This document shows, in pieces, positions 28,316 through 36,803 of a DNA stretch of 64,000 bases. The stretch lies in the IMG/VR virus record IMGVR_UViG_2934077722_000001, positions 3,484 to 67,483 of that record; one strand, written 5' to 3'. The notes beneath the pieces were generated by a model. It saw only the letters and a program-made list of their open reading frames with translations. It ran no database searches and was not told the DNA's origin. The translations under genes and the position numbers were made by a program. This DNA is from a virus. Lineage: Duplodnaviria; Caudoviricetes. How positions within the stretch are numbered: the first letter of the stretch is position 1; the number at the start of each line of letters is the position of its first letter.

Positions 28316-28741
28316 CTAAATAAAGTGCACAAATCGCACCGTAAAGTCACACCGGAATTCAGTGTCACTGGACCCAAATCTAACTCGATGCTTACGAGGA
28401 TTTTCGTTGATTACGTGAATACTGGGGAGGACCTCAAAACGCTGCTGCGGAAAAAGCCCCTCGATCTGCAACTCACCTCCAAATTTTATAAATTGCGGAT
28501 AGTTCTCACCGGCCTCCCCAGTGGTCATCTCGAACCGGGCGTCCGTACCTATTTGTACCGCTTTGTTGGGGGTAAACCTTACGGGACCGTCAGGGAACGT
28601 GAAAATGTCCACGCGATTCACGGGAACAGATTCAACGTCGTATGTGACGCCCCACAGGCCGCCGGACACTTTCAATGGACCGTCGCCACCAAAGTCCTCG
28701 CGGCGAATTCCCGTCAGCACAACTTCCACCACTTTACCCAT
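28316..28741 (-). CDS. Low-GC beta-rich hypothetical protein (moron)
   Basis: AGGAGG RBS, ATG at 28741; markedly AT-richer than flanks. Confidence 0.65.
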   Translation of the reverse strand: MGKVVEVVLTGIRREDFGGDGPLKVSGGLWGVTYDVESVPVNRVDIFTFPDGPVRFTPNKAVQIGTDARFEMTTGEAGENYPQFIKFGGELQIEGLFPQQRFEVLPSIHVINENPRKHRVRFGSSDTEFRCDFTVRFVHFI

Positions 28742-29097
28742 ATCGATCCCTCCTCCTTCTGTGTGCACTGCTTGCACTGGTGGGGTCGTTGCCAACTTGC
28801 GCCACGCCTGGCGTGACTGCGAAATGCAAGTGCTCGGGTTCGAATCGAACCTCAGCCTCTTACCACAGTGCACGCACCTCGAAGCTGCCGCATCTCAGAA
28901 CCTGAAGATCCGCAGCAATGCAAAGGCACGCAAAGACCTGGTTCACGCAGCCTCCACAGCACCCCGCCAACGCCGTGCTCGTTCAGCGCACGGCTCGGTC
29001 TCTCGGGTTATAAATTCAGATCGGACACCAGCGTGGTCTGGACGAGCCTCCTCGCCGATCACATGCGGTCCGCTGTCCGGCGCCGGATCCTGGCTGT

Positions 29098-29304
29098 ATG
29101 GACGTCCAGCGGCCGCCCGTCGTGGTGCACCCACTCTCGGAGGGGATGCGCCGGGTGACGGTGCGCAGTGAGATGGTCGGCCGGGCCCGCGGTCTGGCTG
29201 ATGTCCGCGAGTTCCTGCGGAGAGCTGGCCTGGAAGACCCCGACCTTGAAGATCCGGCCCTGATCGAGTGGCGAGGTGGCGACAGCGGGGTGTGGGCGCC
29301 GTGA
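29098..29304 (+). CDS. Small hypothetical protein
   Basis: 68 aa PVVVHP...RRVTV...DVREFLRRAGL...IEWRGG; overlaps the ku start. Confidence 0.7.
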   Translation: MDVQRPPVVVHPLSEGMRRVTVRSEMVGRARGLADVREFLRRAGLEDPDLEDPALIEWRGGDSGVWAP

Positions 29305-30101
29305 CGGTGGTCTGGTCCGGCACAGTGAGCATCAGCATGATCTCGCTGCCCATCCGGCTCTCGCCAGCCACGCGGGAAGAGAGCGTCGGCCGGGTACACG
29401 AGCTGCACGCAACGGACGGTGGCCGCGTGCGGCACCGGCGATTCTGCTCCGTCGAGGGGCGTGAGATCCCGTACGAGGAAGTAGCCCGGGGTGTGGAGAG
29501 CCCGGCGGGGACGGTCGTGCTGACTGATGAGGACCTGGCACGCCTGCCGCTCCCGGCACGCCGCACGTTGTCGGTGTTGGCGTTCGTCCCCGTGGACGCC
29601 GTCGATCCGGTCGCCTTCCGCAGCGCGTACCACGTGGAGCCGGGGCCTGGCGGTGACCGGGTATATGCCCTGCTGGCCGCGGCTATGGCCCGCACTCGGC
29701 GTCTTGCCGTGGGGAAGCTGGCGTTGCGTGACCGTGAGAGGCCGGCGGTCCTGCGGTCATCGGGCGGCCGCCTCGTGTTGCACACCTGCTATTGGCCCCA
29801 CGAATTGCGCGCCCCCGAGCATCAGGCGCCGTCTTCCGCCTTCGCTGAGCGGGAGCTGGCCATCGCGGAGCTGCTCGTGGATGCCCTGTCCAGTGACACC
29901 CCACCCGAGCTCGACGACGAGTATGCGGCCGCCCTGGACGAGCTGGTGGAGGCCAAGGCATCCGGCGGTGTGCTGGTGCCGCCGTCCGAGCCCCCGCTGG
30001 CGGCGCCCGTCGACCTCATGGCCATGTTGGAGGCAGCGGTGCGCGAAGCGCGCCAGGCGCGTGGTGATCGAGGCGGGAGTTCGGGGCCAGCTGGTGTCTG
30101 A
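29301..30101 (+). CDS. ku: Ku (NHEJ DNA end-binding protein)
   Basis: WSGTVSISMISLPIRL, DGGRVRHRRFC, EVARG, RER..VLR, DLMAMLE. Confidence 0.9.
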   Translation: MTVVWSGTVSISMISLPIRLSPATREESVGRVHELHATDGGRVRHRRFCSVEGREIPYEEVARGVESPAGTVVLTDEDLARLPLPARRTLSVLAFVPVDAVDPVAFRSAYHVEPGPGGDRVYALLAAAMARTRRLAVGKLALRDRERPAVLRSSGGRLVLHTCYWPHELRAPEHQAPSSAFAERELAIAELLVDALSSDTPPELDDEYAAALDELVEAKASGGVLVPPSEPPLAAPVDLMAMLEAAVREARQARGDRGGSSGPAGV

Positions 30102-30130
30102 GCTGACTGGGGCATCTACAGGTCCCAGCG

Positions 30131-30661
30131 TCAGCGACGGGCGGCGACGATCGCGGCGGCGCGGGACATGAAGTGCGTTCCGTCGGCGATCAGGTTGCCG
30201 GGGTAGACGGTGCCCACTTCGGCCTCGACAACCATCGGGCCGCGCGCGGTGACGGTCACGGTGACCTTCTTGCCGGTGATGATCGGCTGGCCGGTGCTGA
30301 TGTTCCGGGCGATGCCCTCGGGGTCGATCGCCGTGGTGCAGCGGCAGTTCTTCAGGTTCGCGACGGCGCGGGACGACTGGTCGCGGGGCTGGAGCATGTA
30401 CGTGTTGGGGCCGACGCCGCGGTGTTTGCGGTCCCAGTCCATGCTGTTGATCGTGAAGCGCAGGTTGCCCGGCACGACCTGGCCCTGAGCCTGGATGTGG
30501 GTGGGGCGGACTTTGTCGTCGGCCATCGTCACCCACCGCTTGGTGGGCGGGGCGAGTCGCCTGGCTTCGACCTCGACCTGGTGGGCGATGCGCTGGATGT
30601 GCGGGGCGATCATCCGCGCGAGCATCGCTTCCAGGGCGGGGTTCGGAGTGAACTTCGCCAT
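30131..30661 (-). CDS. HK97 gp10-like tail-completion protein with an inserted MuF-like motif
   Basis: EARRLAP...VEAEVGT...HFMSRA frame enclosing WVTMADDKVRPTH...NCRC. Confidence 0.6.
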   Translation of the reverse strand: MAKFTPNPALEAMLARMIAPHIQRIAHQVEVEARRLAPPTKRWVTMADDKVRPTHIQAQGQVVPGNLRFTINSMDWDRKHRGVGPNTYMLQPRDQSSRAVANLKNCRCTTAIDPEGIARNISTGQPIITGKKVTVTVTARGPMVVEAEVGTVYPGNLIADGTHFMSRAAAIVAARR

Positions 30662-30993
30662 CACGGCACCTCCGGCGGGTTCCGGGTGGCGGTGGCCTGC
30701 AGGTAGTCGACGGCAGAGCAGCCCGGCACGCGGTGGTCGCGGGCGGTGGTGACGGTCCACGTCATGCCGTGCTCGTCGCCAACGACGTCGCCGGGCTCCA
30801 CGGGCCAGGCGGCCGGGTCCAGTCGCAGGGACCATGTGCCGTCCGGCTGCTCCAGCGCCGAGCCGGGCCAGGTGCCCCGCGGGGCGGGCCGCTGGTTCGG
30901 GTCCGGCGGCACCGGGACGCCGTTCGCGTCTCGACTCCACGGGTGCTCAAGCGCGTACAGCGTCAGCCGCCGGTTCGGGAGGACCACCGCCAT
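30661..30993 (-). CDS. Head-closure (stopper)-like protein
   Basis: 110 aa, RDANG near the N-terminus, PGDVV..GMTWTV; synteny. Confidence 0.6.
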   Translation of the reverse strand: MAVVLPNRRLTLYALEHPWSRDANGVPVPPDPNQRPAPRGTWPGSALEQPDGTWSLRLDPAAWPVEPGDVVGDEHGMTWTVTTARDHRVPGCSAVDYLQATATRNPPEVP

Positions 30994-30998
30994 GGCGC

Positions 30999-31862
30999 TC
31001 AGCCCCAGCGCCGCAGGCGGCTGGACGAGTAGGGCCAGGGGGCTCGTGTGGGCCGGGACAGTGGCTGGAATGCGAGTCGGCGCAGCCTGTTGAGGCTGGT
31101 GATGGCGGGCAGAGCGCCCGCCTGCCCAGTGGTGGGCGCGGAGTCGTACGAGATGGACTGCCCCTCGGCGCTCACCGAGGAGACTCGCCGTCCCGGCCCC
31201 GCGCTCTGGTCGGGCCGCTGCCGAACGGACTCGGCCGCGTGCACGACGACGTACCGCACGACCGTCTCCTCCTGAGCGCCGTTCAGGCCGACTAGGAGAT
31301 CCACGTCGTATGTGCCGTCCGGGCTGGTCCGGTAGGACACCACTTCGGCGATGTCGTCGAGGTGAACCGGCCAGGCGTCGATGTCGTCGAGCGCATCCGT
31401 CCAGCGGGGTGTGACGCCGCGCAGGGTGGTCGCGGTCGGCACCAGAGACCGGTTGAGGTACGCGGCGACGTCGGCCTGCGCGTTGCGGATCTCCTCCTCG
31501 TACGCGGCGCGCTGGGAGGAGGTGAGGGGAAGCGGCACACCGAGGGCGTCCGCGACCGCTTCGGGCGACCCGACCAGGCCCTGGCCCGTGGGGAGGTCGA
31601 GGCGCACGGACGTGTCTGTGACGGGCTGCGCCGCCGAGTTGGGGGTGAAGGTGACCGCGCCCCAGTAGCGGCCTGGCGGGACGGTGGGCACATCGAACCG
31701 GTACACCCCGGCACGAAGGCGGACGGCAGGTGCAGCCGATGCGACCACCGGCCCGTCGCGCTCGGGCGTGGCGTACAGGTCGAGGCGCGTCACCTCGCCG
31801 CCGGCCGGGGCCGGGTCGTAGTGCGCCCCGGCCCACATGGGTTTGTGGTCGTAGACCGACAC
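30999..31862 (-). CDS. Head-tail adaptor-like protein with N-terminal Ig-like extension
   Basis: AQADVAAYLNR...VSSVSAEGQSISY adaptor pattern. Confidence 0.65.
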   Translation of the reverse strand: MSVYDHKPMWAGAHYDPAPAGGEVTRLDLYATPERDGPVVASAAPAVRLRAGVYRFDVPTVPPGRYWGAVTFTPNSAAQPVTDTSVRLDLPTGQGLVGSPEAVADALGVPLPLTSSQRAAYEEEIRNAQADVAAYLNRSLVPTATTLRGVTPRWTDALDDIDAWPVHLDDIAEVVSYRTSPDGTYDVDLLVGLNGAQEETVVRYVVVHAAESVRQRPDQSAGPGRRVSSVSAEGQSISYDSAPTTGQAGALPAITSLNRLRRLAFQPLSRPTRAPWPYSSSRLRRWG

Positions 31863-31873
31863 CCGTCGTCTCC

Positions 31874-32350
31874 CTACTGGTTGGTGCCGGTGCGCGCGGC
31901 CTGCGCGTCGAGGCGTTCGCGGATGCGGACGGCGATGCCCTCGGACACCACGGCGCCCTTGGGCTGGAGGAGCCGGGTGACGGGGTTGCGGTGCGGTCCG
32001 AGGAAGGTTCGCTCCACCAGGCGGACGGTGCACTGGAGGGTCGAGCCGAACGGGGTGAGCGGCACGAACACCGTGTCGACGTCCGCGGGCGGCTGGCCGG
32101 TTGCGTCATCGAGGATGACGTCGGACAGGTTCTCCTCGTCGGGGATGACCTCGGTCGGCGTGACGTACGGACTCGGCGCCGGGGGCTCCGGAGCCTCGTC
32201 GACGTGCGGCGGCTCCAACGGGGCGGCGTCCGGCGCAGCAGGGCTCGAGTCGGCCTCGGCGGCATCGACTTCGGGTGTGGCCGCCTCTGCTGGGTTCTCC
32301 TCGGCGGCCGTCTTGGCAGCGGTCTTGCGGGTGCGGGCGGCGGTGGCCAT
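31874..32350 (-). CDS. Hypothetical virion-associated protein
   Basis: GAGGAG RBS; late motif upstream. Confidence 0.65.
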   Translation of the reverse strand: MATAARTRKTAAKTAAEENPAEAATPEVDAAEADSSPAAPDAAPLEPPHVDEAPEPPAPSPYVTPTEVIPDEENLSDVILDDATGQPPADVDTVFVPLTPFGSTLQCTVRLVERTFLGPHRNPVTRLLQPKGAVVSEGIAVRIRERLDAQAARTGTNQ

Positions 32351-32388
32351 GAGTGGCTCCTCAAGCGGGTGTTGGTCCGATCGCGCGA

Positions 32389-32424
32389 ACCCTGCACAAG
32401 GGGTTCGGCTTGTGTCGCGCGGTG
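32389..32424 (-). promoter_or_regulatory. Late-promoter motif
   Basis: ACCGCGCGAC-ACAAG...19 nt...CAGGGT. Confidence 0.65.
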
Positions 32425-32485
32425 AGCGGCGGGAATGCCCCGACTCTGCAGGGGCCCAGCTTCATGCGGGCCCCTGCCGGTCAGG

Positions 32486-32962
32486 TCAGCCTGCGGCCGG
32501 GGCCTCGTACGTGAAGCCGTTGACCTTGGAGACAGCGCCGCTGTCGTCGGCGAGTTCGACGGCCACGGCTCCGGCCCCACCGGACGGCGTCTTCACCGTC
32601 AGCTCCGTGGCCGAGCGGATGTGCAGGTCGGTGCCGGCGGCGCCGCCGAAGGTGATGGCGGAGACGCCGTCGAGGTGGGCGCCCTTGATGGTGACGGCGG
32701 TGCCGCCCACTGCCGGGCCCTTAGTGGGGCTGATGCTGGCGACGGTCGTGGCGGTGAACAGGCGGTCGACGGCGGAGCGCAGGACGATCGTCCCGGCCGG
32801 GTAGAGCATGAACCTCTTGGAGCCCTCGGGCTGCCCATCGCCGCGCCCGTACGGCTCGGAAACATAGACGTCTTCGGTGACCCGAACAGGCGGATCGTCG
32901 AGCGCGGCCGCGGGGAACGCTGCCTTCGTGATGCGGGTGCCATCCTGGCGATACAGACCCAT
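32486..32962 (-). CDS. IPT/TIG (Ig-like) domain protein, probable capsid decoration
   Basis: ISPTKGPAVGGTAVTIKG...ITFGG...GFTY IPT signature. Confidence 0.8.
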   Translation of the reverse strand: MGLYRQDGTRITKAAFPAAALDDPPVRVTEDVYVSEPYGRGDGQPEGSKRFMLYPAGTIVLRSAVDRLFTATTVASISPTKGPAVGGTAVTIKGAHLDGVSAITFGGAAGTDLHIRSATELTVKTPSGGAGAVAVELADDSGAVSKVNGFTYEAPAAG

Positions 32963-32994
32963 GGTGTCCTTCCTCCGAATCCGGTGATCGGGGG

Positions 32995-33029
32995 AGGATG
33001 CACGCCGGTAAGCCCTTGGGTCGCGTTCC
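32995..33029 (-). promoter_or_regulatory. Late-promoter motif
   Basis: GAACGCGAC-CCAAG...19 nt...CATCCT. Confidence 0.55.
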
Positions 33030-33224
33030 GCCGAGAGGGCTTGCCCATTTGAGCAAGAACGATTTAAGACATGTCCGATAGGTCATGTCTTCTGTGGGTC
33101 GTCCAGGCCGGAGCGGGTGCGGAGTGGTGGGATGCCAACCCCACCACTCCGTCACACAGCGAGCTGCCCCTGCCCCGTCCGCAGCTGGTACGGCGGGGCG
33201 GGGGCATCGGACCGACCTGGCGAG

Positions 33225-33467
33225 TCAGCCGTTGAAGTCGTCGTTGGCAAAGGTTGGGTTAAGGGCTCCGATCACGGTGACGGTGTTTCCGATGGCGTTG
33301 ACCGGCACATGGACTGGCGCCTGAACAAGGTTCCCGGAGGCGACGCCGGGAGAATGCACGGCCTTGCCATGGGCATCGGCGCCATCGTGGGCAGCAGCAA
33401 CTCCAGCGCCGACGAGCAGGGCCGCGGCGGTCAAGCCCATGGAAGCAATGACGGTATGTGCGCGCAA
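33225..33467 (-). CDS. Short chaplin (DUF320), Cys-less
   Basis: Signal peptide plus SPGVASGNLVQAPVHVPVNAIGNTVTVIGALNPTF. Confidence 0.92.
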   Translation of the reverse strand: MRAHTVIASMGLTAAALLVGAGVAAAHDGADAHGKAVHSPGVASGNLVQAPVHVPVNAIGNTVTVIGALNPTFANDDFNG

Positions 33468-33642
33468 GGTTCCTCCTATTGCGTAGGGATCACCAGCGTC
33501 AACGCCATCCGATGGTCCGAGAAACGCCTGTCATACGAACGGGTAAGCAAACTCATTCCATCGGTTAGGGAGGGGTCGCCACCCACCGGAACGCCCACCC
33601 CGTCAATCGGTCACGCGACCCGCCGGACAGGCGCTAGGTCGG

Positions 33643-34890
33643 CTAGAGCAGCCGGAGGTGGTCCCAGCCGTCCGGGCCGACGCTGAAGACGAGCAGGCCG
33701 GCAGAGGAGACCTCGCCGGAGCGGGCCGTGTACCAGTCCGACCCGTTGTCGAGGGTCGGCGCCTGGATGTGGAGGCGGCCGTTTCCGAGCTGCTGGGCGT
33801 GGAAGTGGTGGTAATGGCCGCTGATCAGAATGGCGGCGTCCGCGATGGCCTGACGGCCGAAGCTCTGCGCCCTCCACCAGTCCCCGGCCTTCTCCGGTCT
33901 GGGGTACTGGTGGCCGTGCGCGAGGCCCACCGTGGTTCCGGCGACGTCCAGGCTCACGGTCTCCCGCCACTTCTCCGGCAGCACGAAGCTGACGTGGCCG
34001 TAGGCGTCGGTGTTGTGGGCGTACGCGTCGGCAATCTGCGACATGACCTCGATACCCCAGTCGTCGTTGGGCGGGCCAACGGCTTCGCGCCCGCGACGAA
34101 CCCGGCCGTGGTTGGAGCCGCACGCCGCCGCGACGACGCGACTGAACCGTCCGGCGAGGCGGTCCAGGCCCTCGAACGTAATCCTGCGGTGAACGCGGAT
34201 CATCTCCGTCAGGGTCAAGTCGTTGCTATGTGCCTGCTGCGCGGTGTTCTCGTAGTTCTCGACACAGTCCCCGGCATCCATCCAATACGCGGCGGTGGGG
34301 CCCTGGCCGATGGCTTTCAAGTCCCGTATGTGATCGTCGAGACGGTCGAACCGCTCGGCGACTCTCGCGATCAGCTCCGGGGTGCCGCCGTCCCTCCCGA
34401 CCTTGCCGGCCTGAGCGTCGGCGTACACGACGACGAGGGCGCGCTCCGCCGTATCGGTGGTCGTGCGGGGCTTGCGGCGGCGGCGCATCGCGTCGCGGAC
34501 CAGGGCGTCGACATCGCCCGCGGACAGCCAGGCGGGGGCAGCAGGTTCGATGACGTAGCGGCAGCGCCAGACCGGCCGGGTGACCGCGTCCTCACCCTGG
34601 GCGTCGCGGTGCCAGGCGGCTGGATCGTGGCGGGCCTCGACGAGGCGGACTCTCCAGCCGTCGGGGATGGCGAGTCCGAGTTCTTCGACGCGGGCGCGCC
34701 AGTCGGCTTCGCTGTTCGGGGGCTGCTCGGCAGCCGGGGCGGTGACAACCATCGTGCCGCCCGGCTCGTAGCGGACCCCGGCCTCCCAGCCGCGGGGCGC
34801 TGGGGCCGGGGCGTGCAGGAACTCGCTCGGCTGCGACTGTGCGGTGGGGGTGGGCTGGAGAAGCGCTTGCAGGTCATTCGTCAGGGTCAT
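33643..34890 (-). CDS. Calcineurin-like metallophosphoesterase (Mre11/SbcD-like)
   Basis: ADAQ, GDCVE, SNHG, HGH, GHYH motifs. Confidence 0.8.
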   Translation of the reverse strand: MTLTNDLQALLQPTPTAQSQPSEFLHAPAPAPRGWEAGVRYEPGGTMVVTAPAAEQPPNSEADWRARVEELGLAIPDGWRVRLVEARHDPAAWHRDAQGEDAVTRPVWRCRYVIEPAAPAWLSAGDVDALVRDAMRRRRKPRTTTDTAERALVVVYADAQAGKVGRDGGTPELIARVAERFDRLDDHIRDLKAIGQGPTAAYWMDAGDCVENYENTAQQAHSNDLTLTEMIRVHRRITFEGLDRLAGRFSRVVAAACGSNHGRVRRGREAVGPPNDDWGIEVMSQIADAYAHNTDAYGHVSFVLPEKWRETVSLDVAGTTVGLAHGHQYPRPEKAGDWWRAQSFGRQAIADAAILISGHYHHFHAQQLGNGRLHIQAPTLDNGSDWYTARSGEVSSAGLLVFSVGPDGWDHLRLL

Positions 34891-35162
34891 CGCGCGCACC
34901 GGCACCCGTTGGGCTCGCCGCGGCGACGGTGTCGCGCCACGGTGTACGAAGTGACCTCCCGGCCATGCTGGTTCAGCACTTCGGCGATGGCGGTGGAGGA
35001 GACCGTGCGGGTGTCGAGGATGCGGTGCAGCGTTGCCACAGTCTCCTCGTCGACCGACGCCAGTACGGTCCCGACGCTGCACGGCGGGCCTTTGCGCGCG
35101 GCCGGCGCATCGGTCAGCGCGTCCAGGTCGGCGGCGAGTCCGACGAGTTCCTTGTTCGTCAC
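34887..35162 (-). CDS. Small HTH-like protein
   Basis: GGAGG RBS, GTG; VSSTAIAEVL...VARHRR...CRC; overlaps the next gene. Confidence 0.65.
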   Translation of the reverse strand: MTNKELVGLAADLDALTDAPAARKGPPCSVGTVLASVDEETVATLHRILDTRTVSSTAIAEVLNQHGREVTSYTVARHRRRGEPNGCRCAR

Positions 35163-35248
35163 CAGCGTTCCTCCGTGTCGGGTCGTGCAGAAGAGGGCGG
35201 AAGGGAGGTACCACCCAGGACAGCGGGCGGTGCCTCCCCTCATTGGGA

Positions 35249-36550
35249 TCAGCCGGCGGGCTGGGTCCACGCACCGATCACGAACGACTCCGGCCTGGGC
35301 ACTTCCAGCGCTACACGCTCGTCCGCTCGGAAGGTGATCAGGCCCTTCTCGAAGTTGTCTGCGTTCTCACTGCTGACGGTCACGGAGACCGACTCCCTGT
35401 CGTGGAGCTGGGCGCCGAGGCCGAACGCACCGACGAGGAAGTTGTCATCCGCCATCGCGGTCGTCTCGACGACGTCCAGGCGCCAGACGCGCTTGGTCGC
35501 GCCAACAGCGATCTGAAGGGCGACGCGGAACGCGCCGGTCTTGTCCTCTTCGACCTCGACGTGCTCCCACATGGTCGGGCTGAGCACGATGCCGGTGGGG
35601 TCGTATTCGGCGAGCAGGGCCTTGGTGATGCTGCGCCGGATCTGGACGCTGTACTGGTCGGTGTTGAGACCCGTGTACTGCTGCACGCCGGGGGTGTTGA
35701 AGATGCCGGTGAGGCTCTGGCCGTCGCCGACGCTGTGCAGGAGGTCCCAGTCTTCCTGGTACTTCACGCCCTCGATCATGCGCGAGTTAATGAAGGTCTT
35801 GAGCCGGGGCTCGTCCGACAGGATGTTCTTGTGCGCGTCCAACAGGTGCGCGATCTCACTGACCGGGTACATCACCGGGACGAGGGAGAGCTTCGAGCGG
35901 GGCGCACGGCCCCAGGTGTCGGTGTCTGCTCCGGTCGCCGGGCTGGTGCCATCGGCAGCGTAACGTTCCTTCACCTGCTTCGCGTTGTTGGTCCATCCGG
36001 TCTCGCGCGCGCCGTAGAGCACGGCCTGTTTGGTGCTGCTCTTGGGGAACAGGTCGCGGATGTGGAACTTGCGGTACTCGCGCTCAGCGATCCCCAGGTT
36101 CTGCGCGGAGCCGAGGGTTTGGTGCGTGACGGTGCCGGCCGACAGGCTGAAGATGCTCTTGCCCTCCATCTCCGCTCTGACATACGGCCTGTCACGGAAA
36201 CCGGCCTGGGCCGCGTGCTTGTAGGCGTCGCTCTCGACAAACAGGTCACCGAGGCTCTTGCCTTCCATGGCGCCCTGCGGCTTCTGGCCGTAGTGCTGGC
36301 CCGCGACGGGCACGGAGTCGGGCGCGGCGAGGTACTGCTTGACCTCGCTCATGCCCTCGGCGTCGGCGATGAGCTGCTTGAGTTCCATCGCGTCGGCGGA
36401 GACCTTCTTGAAGGCGTTGGCCTGCTCGGTGCTGACGACGAAGCCGCCGTTGTCCTCCACCTTGAAGGTCTGCGAGATCCGCTCGGCTTCGGCGGACTTT
36501 TCGGCGAGCTGGGTCTTGAGGCTGTTGATCAGGCTCTTGTTCTCAGCCAT
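35249..36550 (-). CDS. HK97-fold major capsid protein
   Basis: Coiled-coil delta domain, IRDLFP, L.SVGDG.SLTGIFN, NFEKGLITFRADERVALEV.RPESFV. Confidence 0.93.
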   Translation of the reverse strand: MAENKSLINSLKTQLAEKSAEAERISQTFKVEDNGGFVVSTEQANAFKKVSADAMELKQLIADAEGMSEVKQYLAAPDSVPVAGQHYGQKPQGAMEGKSLGDLFVESDAYKHAAQAGFRDRPYVRAEMEGKSIFSLSAGTVTHQTLGSAQNLGIAEREYRKFHIRDLFPKSSTKQAVLYGARETGWTNNAKQVKERYAADGTSPATGADTDTWGRAPRSKLSLVPVMYPVSEIAHLLDAHKNILSDEPRLKTFINSRMIEGVKYQEDWDLLHSVGDGQSLTGIFNTPGVQQYTGLNTDQYSVQIRRSITKALLAEYDPTGIVLSPTMWEHVEVEEDKTGAFRVALQIAVGATKRVWRLDVVETTAMADDNFLVGAFGLGAQLHDRESVSVTVSSENADNFEKGLITFRADERVALEVPRPESFVIGAWTQPAG

Positions 36551-36639
36551 TGCGGGGTGCTCTCTCCCTGGTGCTGGGTGCGGTTGACGTGCTGCGTCGC
36601 TCGCCCGGCCAGCACCGGGACGACCCGACAACGCGGGGC

Positions 36640-36676
36640 ATTTGAGAGAGCGGGGGTGGTTAACGTCGCGTGCTGC
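36640..36676 (-). promoter_or_regulatory. Late-promoter motif (capsid)
   Basis: GCAGCACGCGAC-GTTAA...19 nt...TCAAAT. Confidence 0.65.
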
Positions 36677-36803
36677 CGTTCCTCACGCGGCGGAGGAAGG
36701 CAGCACACGGCTCTGACCTGCTGTTTTGTTGTGCTCGATGGAATGGCGGCCGCTGGGCCGGCCGGTTGGGGTGTCAGCTTGGTGTGAGGCTGAGTCGCGG
36801 GTG

